From Opitutus sp. (GTDB lineage: Bacteria; Verrucomicrobiota; Verrucomicrobiia; Opitutales; Opitutaceae), in contig SIBG01000010.1 in assembly GCA_009695305.1 (NCBI GenBank), positions 1,646 to 65,645 on the forward strand: DNA of 64,000 nucleotides, in the 5' to 3' direction. The position numbers were made by a program, and so were the translations under genes. Position 1 is the stretch's first letter; every line of letters begins with the position of its first letter. The notes beneath the pieces were generated by a model, which did not search any database, was not told the origin of the DNA, and worked only from the letters and a program-made list of their open reading frames with translations. This document shows positions 45,696 through 54,402 of this stretch, one piece after another.

Positions 45696-46222
45696 AACCC
45701 ACCGGCCCACGCCGCTCGCCGCGCGCTCGATCGATTCAGCAAGTCCAGAAGCTCGTCCATGCCGCGACTCCCAAGTCGCCTCAGGTCGAAATCGCCGGCT
45801 TCATCGCCAAATTCACGCCGGAAATCGCCACGTTGACCAGAGCGCTGCGGGCCAAAATGCGACAGCGCCTGCCGGACGCCGTCGAGATGGTTTACGACAA
45901 CTACAACTTCCTCGTCTTCGGTTTCGGCCCGACCGAGCGTCCGTCGGAAGCGATCTTCTCCATCGCCGCTTACGCGCGCGGCGTTGGTCTGTGTTTCATT
46001 CACGGCGCGAAGCTGCCCGATCCGAAAAAACTCCTGCAAGGCTCCGGTAAACAGACCCGTTTCCTCAAACTTCCCACGGACGCCACCCTCGACGAGCCTG
46101 CGGTCCAGCGCCTGATCGCTTCCGCCATCGCCCACGCGCCCGTCCCGTTCGACCGGACCGCGCGCCGCCGCCTCATCATCAAATCCATCTCCGCCAAACA
46201 GCGCCCCCGCCGCCCCGTCTGA
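45692..46222 (+). CDS. DUF1801-like (YdhG-like) domain protein
   Basis: 176-aa ORF with an ATGA overlap with the phoH stop. The weak pattern VEMVYDNYNFLVFGF...LCFIHGAKLPD resembles DUF1801. Confidence 0.45.
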   Translation: MKPTGPRRSPRARSIQQVQKLVHAATPKSPQVEIAGFIAKFTPEIATLTRALRAKMRQRLPDAVEMVYDNYNFLVFGFGPTERPSEAIFSIAAYARGVGLCFIHGAKLPDPKKLLQGSGKQTRFLKLPTDATLDEPAVQRLIASAIAHAPVPFDRTARRRLIIKSISAKQRPRRPV

Positions 46223-46243
46223 ATGAAATTCGAAAACAGATTA

Positions 46244-46313
46244 ACCACGGATGACACGGATGCACCCGGACCAATTCCTGTCTTTATCCGCGTCGATCCG
46301 TATAATCCGTGGT
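46244..46313. repeat. ACGGATG-word hairpin element
   Basis: Arm 1 (ACCACGGATGACACGGATGCAC) and arm 2 (TATCCGCGTCGATCCGTATAATCCGTGGT) are inverse complements. Each arm is internally repetitive with a period of about 9. Confidence 0.7.
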
Positions 46314-46352
46314 CAAATTTTGCCTTGGTGACCGACCAAAAGGCGCCGCGCT

Positions 46353-46394
46353 GATTCCATTCGGCAATCCTCATTCGGCAATCGGCAATTCCCA
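46353..46394. repeat. heptamer array (AATCGGC variant) abutting the 7TM-HD start codon
   Basis: GATTCCA TTCGGCA ATCCTCA TTCGGCA ATCGGCA ATTCCCA, then G and the ATG at 46396. Confidence 0.75.
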
Positions 46395-46395
46395 G

Positions 46396-48819
46396 ATGTC
46401 CGTTCGCAACCAGTTCAAACTCCTCGTCGGCGGCCTTGGTGCCCGCCGCGCGGGAGGGTCGACGCCCGCGCACTCCGCCATGCGCGAGTTTCTCGACCGC
46501 AGCCGGCTCGTCAGCGCGGTCATCATTTTGGTCACCGTCGCCGCCATCGTCCTGATCAGTTCCGCCGGCATGACGGCCGCGCACCTCGCCGTGCTCCCCG
46601 GCCAGCTCGCCACCGTCCGCGTCGCCGCCAGCGCGCCCTTCCACTACACGAGCAAACTCAAAACCGAAACCGCGCAGGAGCAGATGCTCCACCAGGTGCC
46701 GCCCGTCTACCGGCTCGACGCTGAGCCGCTCCGCCGTTTCGCCGAGGCCGCGCGCGAACTTCTCGCCAAGCTCGCCGCCTACGAGGCCACCCATCCGGCC
46801 GGCACCGTCACCCTCCTCACCCGCCCGGCACTCGCGGCCGTCGCCGACGCGTTCAACGCCCACGGCCCCTACCATCTCACCGCGGAGGATCTCGGCGCGC
46901 TGCTGACCGCCGGCGACGCCAAGGCCCGCGCCGGGATTTTCGAGACCGGCCTGGCCACGCTCCGCGATCTCTACGCCGAGGGCGTGGCCGACAACGCGCT
47001 CACCGCCACCGGCCCCGGCGGTGCCGTCGTGTTTCAGATCGCCCGCCCCACCGGCGAAGTTGGCGCGCGCCCCGTGCAGTCGCTGGAAAACGCGTTCACG
47101 CTCGTCCGCGTCAGCCTCGCGACGGACGGCGTGCCGCGCCCCGCGCAACAGGCGCTCTTCCGCCTCTTCCGCCAGGGCCTCACGCCCAACGTCGTCTTCG
47201 ACCGCGCCGCCACCGTCGCCCGCGAAACCGCGGCCACGCGCGCGTTGCCCCCCGTCACCGTAAAAATCTCCCGCGGCCAGACGATTCTCGAGGCCGGCGA
47301 ACGCGTGACGCCTGAGCAATACGAGATGTTCCAGGCCAACCGCCAGTTCCTCCTGGAGCACGGCGACACCGAGCTCCACGAGGGCCTCACGCTCTTCGGC
47401 CGCGTGCTCCTCGTGCTCGCCATGGTCGTCGCGTCGCTTCTCTACATTCGCATCGAAGATCCCGAGACCCTCCGCAGCAACGTCCGCTGCGGCCTCCTCG
47501 CTCTCGTCGTCATCGCCAACCTCGCCCTCATCCGGGCCAACTACTCCCTCGGGGGCGCGGAATTTTTCCTGCGCGACGGTTCGTGGACCTCGACGCTCCC
47601 CTACGTCGCGCCCACGGCCCTCGCCCCGCTGATCGTCGCCATCCTGATCGACGCCGGTTCCGGTATTTTCATGGCGCTCTTCATTTCGATTTTCACCGGC
47701 GTCATTTACGGCAACCGCCTCGATCTGCTCGTGCTCACGTTTCTTGCGTCGCTCGTGGCGATCTTCATCGCGCGCGATGCCCGCCGGCGTGGGCGGGTCG
47801 TCCGCGCCGCCGGCGCCGGCGGTCTCACCGTGGCCGCGTTCGCCGCGCTCATCGGCATCGCCGACCAGACCCCCGTCGAAACGCTGTTCCGCCAGATGAC
47901 CGCCGGTCTCGCGACCGGCCTCCTCACCGGCATCGCCGTCGTCGGCCTGCTCCCCGTGCTCGAGTCCCTGTTCAAGCGCACCACCGACATCACGCTCCTC
48001 GAACTCACCGACTACAATCACCCGCTGCTCCGCCGCATGCAGCTCGAGGCGCCCGGCACCTACCACCACTCGCTCGTCGTCGCACAACTCTCCGAAAATG
48101 CCTGCAACGCCATCGGCGCGCATCCGCTCCTCGCGCGCGTCTGCGCGCTCTTCCACGACATCGGTAAAGTTAATCACCCGTCCTATTTCGGCGAAAACGT
48201 CCGTGACCGCACCGCGCCGCACGACGGGCTTCCGCCGGCGGAGTCGGCCCGCGTGATCAAACGCCACGTCACGGACGGCGTGGAACTCGCCCATAAACAC
48301 AATCTCCCCCGCGCGATCGTGGACGTGATTCAACAGCACCACGGCACGACGCTGGTCCGCTTCTTCTACGAGCGCGCCATCGCCGAATCACGCGCGCCCT
48401 TCGCGCGCACGACGCGCGCGACAGAAGCTGACCACCCAACGCCCGACCCCTCTTCCAGCTCCCATCTTCGCTCTCCCAACTTCGATCTCCCCTCGCCCGC
48501 CGCGGCCCCGGTCGGCGAAGCCGATTTCCGCTACGATGGGCCCCGCCCGCAACTCAAAGAGAGCGCCGTCATCTCACTCGCCGACGGCGTCGAAGCCGCC
48601 TCGCGCTCGCTGCGCACGGCGACGCCCGAGGCGCTCCGCGAATTGATCGACCGGATTGTTCGCGAGCGCATCGACGAAAAGCAACTCGACGAAGCGCCGC
48701 TGACTTTCGACGAAATCACGAAGATCAAAAATAGTTTTCAGTTCACCCTGCTGAACATGCTCCATGCTCGCGTGGCGTATCCGGCGGGAGAGCCACCCGC
48801 CGCCGAGGCGAAGGCCTAG
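46396..48819 (+). CDS. 7TM receptor with intracellular HD/HDIG hydrolase domain (YqfF/PgpH-like)
   Basis: N-terminal extracellular region, a 7-TM block, then HHSLVVAQLSE and LFHDIGK...VIKRHV...IQQHHGT (HD motifs). Conserved phoH-yqfF-ybeY order. Confidence 0.85.
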   Translation: MSVRNQFKLLVGGLGARRAGGSTPAHSAMREFLDRSRLVSAVIILVTVAAIVLISSAGMTAAHLAVLPGQLATVRVAASAPFHYTSKLKTETAQEQMLHQVPPVYRLDAEPLRRFAEAARELLAKLAAYEATHPAGTVTLLTRPALAAVADAFNAHGPYHLTAEDLGALLTAGDAKARAGIFETGLATLRDLYAEGVADNALTATGPGGAVVFQIARPTGEVGARPVQSLENAFTLVRVSLATDGVPRPAQQALFRLFRQGLTPNVVFDRAATVARETAATRALPPVTVKISRGQTILEAGERVTPEQYEMFQANRQFLLEHGDTELHEGLTLFGRVLLVLAMVVASLLYIRIEDPETLRSNVRCGLLALVVIANLALIRANYSLGGAEFFLRDGSWTSTLPYVAPTALAPLIVAILIDAGSGIFMALFISIFTGVIYGNRLDLLVLTFLASLVAIFIARDARRRGRVVRAAGAGGLTVAAFAALIGIADQTPVETLFRQMTAGLATGLLTGIAVVGLLPVLESLFKRTTDITLLELTDYNHPLLRRMQLEAPGTYHHSLVVAQLSENACNAIGAHPLLARVCALFHDIGKVNHPSYFGENVRDRTAPHDGLPPAESARVIKRHVTDGVELAHKHNLPRAIVDVIQQHHGTTLVRFFYERAIAESRAPFARTTRATEADHPTPDPSSSSHLRSPNFDLPSPAAAPVGEADFRYDGPRPQLKESAVISLADGVEAASRSLRTATPEALRELIDRIVRERIDEKQLDEAPLTFDEITKIKNSFQFTLLNMLHARVAYPAGEPPAAEAKA

Positions 48820-48825
48820 CCACAA

Positions 48826-48921
48826 ATTCGTTCTCGTTCCTCGTTCTCTTTCTCGTTCTCTCTTCCCGCGAGAGCGCCCGACAGGAGAACGAATAACGAT
48901 TACGAAGAACGAGAACGATTC
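48826..48921. repeat. CGTTCTC-word hairpin between 7TM-HD and ybeY
   Basis: Arm 1 is ATTCGTTCTCGTTCCTCGTTCTCTTTCTCGTTCTCTC. Arm 2 is GGAGAACGAATAACGATTACGAAGAACGAGAACGATTCGG. The arms are inverted, with internal period 6-7. Confidence 0.75.
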
Positions 48922-48927
48922 GGATTC

Positions 48928-49464
48928 ATGCCCCCCCGCCCCATTTCCATCGCCACCCGCCACCCGCGCCTCCGCCTTGACCGCCGCGCCGTGAGGCGTG
49001 CGATCCACACGCTCGATGCGCACGCCAGAAAATTCCGCGGTGGCCCGCCGTCCGGCGAACTCTCGCTGGTGTTTCTCACTGACGCCGCTCTCGCCCGACT
49101 CCATGCCGACTTTCTGGCCGATCCGGCGCCCACCGATGTCATCACCTTCGGAGGCAACCCCGCGCTCCGCCTGGCTGGCGAAATCTGCGTCTCGGCTGAC
49201 GCCGCCCTCCGTCAGGTAAATTCGTTCGTCGTTCCGGCTTTAGCCGGAGGCCGTCGAGCCCCGGCTAAGGCCGGAACGACGACCACCGCCTTCTCCGCCG
49301 AACTCACCCTCTACCTCGTCCACGGCTGGCTCCACCTCGCCGGCTACGACGATCTCCAACCCGCGAAAAAGCGCGCCATGCGCCGCGCCGAGGCGCGCGC
49401 CCTGCAACTCCTCCGTGCGGCCCGCGCCCTGCCAGTTTTTACTTTTGCGCGTTTGGCCGGCTAG
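48928..49464 (+). CDS. ybeY: endoribonuclease YbeY (rRNA maturation), with internal palindromic insert
   Basis: LVHGWLHLAGYDD metal motif (the canonical third His reads Asp), and DVITF. A 57-nt REP-like palindrome lies in-frame at 49226..49282. Confidence 0.8.
   Translation: MPPRPISIATRHPRLRLDRRAVRRAIHTLDAHARKFRGGPPSGELSLVFLTDAALARLHADFLADPAPTDVITFGGNPALRLAGEICVSADAALRQVNSFVVPALAGGRRAPAKAGTTTTAFSAELTLYLVHGWLHLAGYDDLQPAKKRAMRRAEARALQLLRAARALPVFTFARLAG
49226..49282. repeat. REP-like double hairpin inside the ybeY coding sequence
   Basis: TCGTCGTTCCGGC-TTTA-GCCGG AGGCCGTCGAGCC CCGGC-TAAG-GCCGGAACGACGA. Its length is a multiple of 3. Confidence 0.75.
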
Positions 49465-49525
49465 GCGTGCCGCGCCCGCGTCAAAAAACTTTGCGTCCTT
49501 GGGTCATTGCCTGAACATCCCCCCT

Positions 49526-50221
49526 ATGTCCGAAGATCTGCCCGCCGGGTCCGCCTCGCCTTTCACCACGCTGCGCAACGCTTTTTTTTCCGGCGCCCTG
49601 CTGCTCGCGCCGCTCGTCGTCACGATCTGGGCGTTCACCAAGATCATCGATGTCATCGGCGGGACCTTTCGCCCGCTCTACGAAAACTACCTGCCCGAGT
49701 CGCTGCAGCGCATCCCGTTTTTCTGGGATCTCGTCGCCACGCTGGCCGTGCTCCTGCTCGTCACGCTGCTCGGCTATCTGTCGCACTATTTTTTTGGCAA
49801 GTTTTTCCTGGGCATCCTCGAGCGGTCGCTGCAACGCATCCCCGGCGTCGGCACGGTCTACAACTCCGTCAAACAGATCGTCGGCACGTTCGGCTCCGAG
49901 CGAAAAAATCTTTTCAGCAAAGTTGTGCTGGTGCAGTTTCCGCGCCCCGGCTGCTGGACCATCGGGTTCCTCACCAACAAGGCCCAGGGCGAGGCGCAGT
50001 CCCGCGCCGGCGCGGAAATGTGGACCGTCTTTGTCCCGACCACCCCGAACCCCACCAGCGGCTTTCTCCTCATCCTCCCGCGCGGCGAAGTCGTCGAACT
50101 CGAGATGGGCGTCGGCGAGGGCATGCGGATGATTCTCTCCGGCGGCGCCGTCGTCCCGCCCTGGCCGGTGAGAGACCAGGGGACGACAGACCAAAAGACC
50201 AAGGGACCGCCCAGCCGCTGA
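49526..50221 (+). CDS. DUF502 domain membrane protein
   Basis: LLLAPLVVTIWAF...; IPGVGTVYNSVKQI; GCWTIGFLT; PTTPNPTSGFLLILP. Confidence 0.8.
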   Translation: MSEDLPAGSASPFTTLRNAFFSGALLLAPLVVTIWAFTKIIDVIGGTFRPLYENYLPESLQRIPFFWDLVATLAVLLLVTLLGYLSHYFFGKFFLGILERSLQRIPGVGTVYNSVKQIVGTFGSERKNLFSKVVLVQFPRPGCWTIGFLTNKAQGEAQSRAGAEMWTVFVPTTPNPTSGFLLILPRGEVVELEMGVGEGMRMILSGGAVVPPWPVRDQGTTDQKTKGPPSR

Positions 50222-50298
50222 TCGCGCGCCATCAATCGCTTCGTGCGAGGTCGGACAAGTCCTTTGGTCCCTTTGTCCCTCGTCTCTTGGTCTCTTCC
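50170..50298. repeat. GACCAARG-word hairpin spanning the DUF502 stop and the recO upstream region
   Basis: Arm 1 is GAGAGACCAGGGGACGACAGACCAAAAGACCAAGGGACC (within the DUF502 tail). Arm 2 is GGTCCCTTTGTCCCTCGTCTCTTGGTCTCTTCC. The internal period (8-7-8) is mirrored in both arms. Confidence 0.7.
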
Positions 50299-50302
50299 TC
50301 CC

Positions 50303-50950
50303 GTGCCCGGCCTCCCGCTCCAGACCGATGCCTTTGTCCTGCTGAAGCGCGAGCCCACCGACGCGTTTCAATCATTCACCGTCTTCTCCCGCGAGCACGG
50401 CGCGCTCACGATCCTTCAGCGCCTCTCCCGCAATCGACCTCGCCGCGCCGGAGCCTCGGCGAAAGCGCTTGCGACCTCCGTCCCGCTCGATCTCTTCGAT
50501 GAAGTCTCGCTCCAACTCGAATCCTCGAACCAGGGCCGGACGTGGTTTGTGCAGGAGGCGCGTCTCCTGGCCCGCCACGCCTCGCTCGGCGGCAGCTACG
50601 AGACCCTCCGCTTCGCTTCCGCGCTCGCCGCGCTCATCGCCCGCAATCCCGTCCATGAGGAAAGCCGCGCCGCGGTCACCACGCTGGTCCGCACGGCCTT
50701 GGCCGCCTTGGCCGCCGGCGGCCGTCCCGACATCGTGTTTTTCAAAAGCCTTTATTGCTTCGCCCGCGACGAGGGCTACGCCGTAAAGCAACAGTGGTTC
50801 CCCCAACTCGCCACCGGCGACCGCGAGTCCGTCGCCACGCTGCTCAATCAGCCGCTCGCCGGGCAAACGGCCGCGCCGGATTCCGTCGCGCGCCTCACCG
50901 GCCGCCTGGAGGATTACCTCCGCGCCCACACCGAGATCCTCCTCGACTGA
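50303..50950 (+). CDS. recO: DNA repair protein RecO (probable)
   Basis: The GTG at 50303. An OB-fold-like N-terminus (TDAFVLLKREPTDAFQSFTVFSREHGALTIL) and a helical C-terminus. Its position after ybeY is typical. Confidence 0.55.
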   Translation: MPGLPLQTDAFVLLKREPTDAFQSFTVFSREHGALTILQRLSRNRPRRAGASAKALATSVPLDLFDEVSLQLESSNQGRTWFVQEARLLARHASLGGSYETLRFASALAALIARNPVHEESRAAVTTLVRTALAALAAGGRPDIVFFKSLYCFARDEGYAVKQQWFPQLATGDRESVATLLNQPLAGQTAAPDSVARLTGRLEDYLRAHTEILLD

Positions 50951-50997
50951 AAACGGCGGATGCCCTGAAATCCCTCCTCGTCCGCCTCCTGCTCCTC

Positions 50998-51738
50998 GTG
51001 CCCGCCGCCACCCCTCCCATCACCCCCGGCACCTTTCGCCGACTCGGCGCCGCTGGGCCTGTCGCCATCGTCCTCTCGTTCTGGCCGCCGCTCGGCGGCC
51101 TCCTGCTGCTCACGACGCTAACCACGCTGGGCCCCTGGCTGCGCGAGCACGCGGCCCTCGGTCTCCTGATTTATTTCCTCGGCGCCAGTCTCCTCGTTGG
51201 CTTCTCGTTTCTTCCGACTTTCTCGTGCGCCATCCTCGCCGGCTGGGCCTTCGGCTTCACCATCGGCTGGTCGATCACGATGGTCACCCTCACGGTCGGT
51301 TCCTTGATCGCCTACGCCCTCGGCCGCTGGATCGCCCGCGACCGCGTGGTCGCACTCATCGCGGAAAAGCCACGTTGGAACGCCGTCAATCGCGCCCTCC
51401 TCGGCGAAAAATCCGGCCGCACCCTCCTCGTGGTCACGCTCCTCCGGATTCCACCCGCCTCCCCGTTCGCGCTCGCCAACTTCGTCCTCGCCGCCGCCCG
51501 CGTCCCGCTCTGGGACTACACCCTCGGGACGTTTATCGGCATCGCACCCCGCACCGCGGCCGCCGCCTTCGCGGCCGCCGGCCTCGAGCAACTGCGCTTT
51601 AAAAATGTTTCGGAAAACTGGACCGTCGTCGCCGGGATCATCGCCACAGTCGTCGTCTGCGTCGTCCTCGGTATGCTGGCCAACCGCGCGCTCCGCGCGA
51701 TCTCCGCCGCACCCGGCCCGTCGCCCAGCGGGCGTTGA
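50998..51738 (+). CDS. TVP38/TMEM64 (DedA-related) family membrane protein
   Basis: The GTG at 50998 is a tentative start. Also LPTFSCAILAGWAFGF, VVTLLRIPPASPFALANFVLAA and GTFIGIAPRT. Confidence 0.6.
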   Translation: MPAATPPITPGTFRRLGAAGPVAIVLSFWPPLGGLLLLTTLTTLGPWLREHAALGLLIYFLGASLLVGFSFLPTFSCAILAGWAFGFTIGWSITMVTLTVGSLIAYALGRWIARDRVVALIAEKPRWNAVNRALLGEKSGRTLLVVTLLRIPPASPFALANFVLAAARVPLWDYTLGTFIGIAPRTAAAAFAAAGLEQLRFKNVSENWTVVAGIIATVVVCVVLGMLANRALRAISAAPGPSPSGR

Positions 51739-51810
51739 TTTCGCCGCGCCGCCCGCGCATCGCGTTTTCAGTTTTCCTTCCGCCCGTTTCGTGTGTTCCG
51801 TGAACGCTGC

Positions 51811-54306
51811 ATGGAATTCAACCTCGACGCCCGCACCGCCTCGCTGAGCGTCGGCGAATTCTCCGGCTTCACCCTCGGCCCGCACGATTCGGGCGGCGGC
51901 CGGCCGGGGATCTGGCGCGCGCAACTCGGCACCCACTGGCACAACGAACTCCGCGCCCAGGCCACCGCGGAGCACGCCGCCGCCGCGGAGTTCGAGGTCC
52001 CAATCACCGGCAAGGTTTTTCACCGCGGCTGGACCCTCACCCTGACCGGCCGCATCGATCAGCTCCTCCGCCCCCCTCCCACCTCTCCGCCTGCGACTTG
52101 TAACCAAATAGATTACAAACCCTCGGCGCCGGACCGGCTGGCCGCCGGCGCTTTCGTCACGCTCCGCGAGATCAAGACCGTCACGCACCCGCTCCCCACG
52201 CCCGAAGCCGACCTCCGTGCCCAGCGCCCCGAATATTTTGTCCAGCTCGCCACCTACGTCGCCCTCCGGCGCATCGCCACGCCGGCGGAAAAACTCCGCG
52301 CCGAACTCGTGTTCGTCGAAACCGCTTCCGGTCTCGCCCAAACCGTCGCCCTCACCCCGGCCGACGACGCGCTTTTTCTCACTCAGCTTGAACGCGTCAC
52401 CGAATTTCTCCGGCTGCGCGCCCGCGCGCGCGAACGCCTCCGCCACCTCCGCTTTCGCCCCGCCTTCGCCACTCCGCGCCCCGGCCAGGAAACGACCCAA
52501 CGCGATCTCACCACCACGTTTGAACGCCACCCTCTTGTGCTGTTCGAAGCGCCGACCGGTTTCGGCAAAACGGGCGTTCTCCTGGAGTTCGCCCTTGGCC
52601 AGCTCCGCTCCGGCCACTTCGACCGCGCGCTTTACCTCACCAGCAAAGCCACGGGCCAGCTCCAAGTGGTGCGAACCTTGACCGGCATGACTCAGACTCA
52701 ACCTCCGGCCATCGAGGGGAAGCAAGAGGCCGGAGACGGGAGACGGGAAAATATCCCTGAAACGCCTGAGCCCGTGCCTCCCGCCTCTCCCGCGGTCGCG
52801 GTCGCCGCGTGGCACGTCCGCAACAAAAGCGAACACTGCATCAATCACACCTTCCATTGCGTCCGCGACTCATGCGACTACCTCGCCGGCGCCGAGGCGC
52901 GCTGGCCGGAAAGCGGGCTCGCGCGTTTCTACCTCGACGACCACCACGCCCGCGACCTCGACACCCTTCGCGCTGCCGGCCGTGCCGCCCGCATCTGTCC
53001 CTATGAAATCACGCGGGCCGCGCTCGCGTTCAATGATGTGTGGATTGGCGACTACAATTACGTCTTCGCGCCGCGCAACCGCACTCTGTTTTTCGACCAG
53101 CCCGGCTTCGATCCGGCCCGCACCCTCCTCCTTCTCGACGAGGCGCACAACCTCCCCTCACGCGTCGCCGATTCCCACTCGCACGTCGCCCGCGCTGACG
53201 ACGCCCGTGCGCTCCTCACTGAGCTCGACCACCTCGCCGCGCCGATCCCACTTATCCGCGCCTGGGAGAGCTGGACGCAACTCCTCGCCGCCCTTCAGCC
53301 CGTGCCGCAACTCGATCCGGCCCTCGAAGCCGATGCCGTCGACACGCTCGCGAAGATTTCCGATCAGGTCGCGCTCACGCCGCTCGACTCCGCCCTGCTC
53401 GGCCCACGATTCTCGGAAACTCTCTGGCAGTCGCAGCAACTCGCCGAGTGGCTCGCCAACGCCACGCTGAAAAAACTTCTCTGGTCACCGCGCGCCGGTG
53501 AGTTGCACTTCACGTGCCTCGACGCCGCCGATGCCATCGGCGAAACGCTCCGCGCCTTCGGCGGCGCAGTCTTCGCCAGCGCCACGCTTTCGCCCGTCGA
53601 TTCGTTCACCGAGAGCTGCGGCCTCACCGCCACTCCGCCGGCCCACCTCCGCGCCACCACCCCGTGGCGCGACGCCGCCTACGACATCGCCTTCGACGCG
53701 CGCGTCGACACCAGCTTCCAACACCGCTCGCTCCACTACGCCACCACGGCCGCGACCATCGCCGCGCTTCACGAGTCGGCCCACGGGCCCGTCGCCGTCT
53801 TCTTTCCCAGCTACGCTTACGCCGAATCCATCGCGCGCGAACTTGAACGCGCCGCACCGTTGCGCGTCGCGCTCCAACCCCGGGTCCGCGACCTCGCCGC
53901 CCAGACCGCGTGGGTCGAGGAGTCGCTGGCGTTTTCCGACGCGCTCTTTCTCGTCCTCGGATCGAGTTTCTCCGAAAGCATTGACGTCCTCGGCGGCCGC
54001 GTGACGCACGCGATGGTCGTCGGTCCCGCGCTCCCCGAGGTCAACGCCGTGCAGCGCGCCCGCCTCGCCGAATGCTCTGCCCTCGGTCGCGCCGCCGCGT
54101 TTCGCCGCGTCTATCAAATCCCTGGCATGACCAAGGTTAACCAGGCCCTCGGCCGCCTCGTGCGCGGCCCCGGCCAGCGTGCGCGGGTGATTCTCCATTG
54201 CCGCCGCTTTCTTGATCTCAGCTACGCCAGCCTTCTCGCCCGCGACTACCAACTCGGCGCCAACCTCCACGCCGACGCCGACCTCGCCGCGTGGCTGGCC
54301 CGTTGA
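51811..54306 (+). CDS. RecB/Cas4-like PD-(D/E)XK nuclease fused to an XPD/DinG-family Fe-S helicase
   Basis: N-terminal GRIDQL...LREIKT...QLATYVAL (D / ExK / QxxxY). Then EAPTGFGKTG (Walker A), four Cys (CINHTFHCVRDSCDY...ICPYE), DEAHNL, and C-terminal VNQALGRLVRGPGQRARVIL. Confidence 0.75.
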   Translation: MEFNLDARTASLSVGEFSGFTLGPHDSGGGRPGIWRAQLGTHWHNELRAQATAEHAAAAEFEVPITGKVFHRGWTLTLTGRIDQLLRPPPTSPPATCNQIDYKPSAPDRLAAGAFVTLREIKTVTHPLPTPEADLRAQRPEYFVQLATYVALRRIATPAEKLRAELVFVETASGLAQTVALTPADDALFLTQLERVTEFLRLRARARERLRHLRFRPAFATPRPGQETTQRDLTTTFERHPLVLFEAPTGFGKTGVLLEFALGQLRSGHFDRALYLTSKATGQLQVVRTLTGMTQTQPPAIEGKQEAGDGRRENIPETPEPVPPASPAVAVAAWHVRNKSEHCINHTFHCVRDSCDYLAGAEARWPESGLARFYLDDHHARDLDTLRAAGRAARICPYEITRAALAFNDVWIGDYNYVFAPRNRTLFFDQPGFDPARTLLLLDEAHNLPSRVADSHSHVARADDARALLTELDHLAAPIPLIRAWESWTQLLAALQPVPQLDPALEADAVDTLAKISDQVALTPLDSALLGPRFSETLWQSQQLAEWLANATLKKLLWSPRAGELHFTCLDAADAIGETLRAFGGAVFASATLSPVDSFTESCGLTATPPAHLRATTPWRDAAYDIAFDARVDTSFQHRSLHYATTAATIAALHESAHGPVAVFFPSYAYAESIARELERAAPLRVALQPRVRDLAAQTAWVEESLAFSDALFLVLGSSFSESIDVLGGRVTHAMVVGPALPEVNAVQRARLAECSALGRAAAFRRVYQIPGMTKVNQALGRLVRGPGQRARVILHCRRFLDLSYASLLARDYQLGANLHADADLAAWLAR

Positions 54307-54402
54307 AGCGTATTCCGCGCCCCCGTGGTTACCCGGAACTCCGGCTGGCTTTCGGGTCAAAATACGCGTAACTGTTCCCCTGAAATATCGTCCTATCTAA
54401 TC

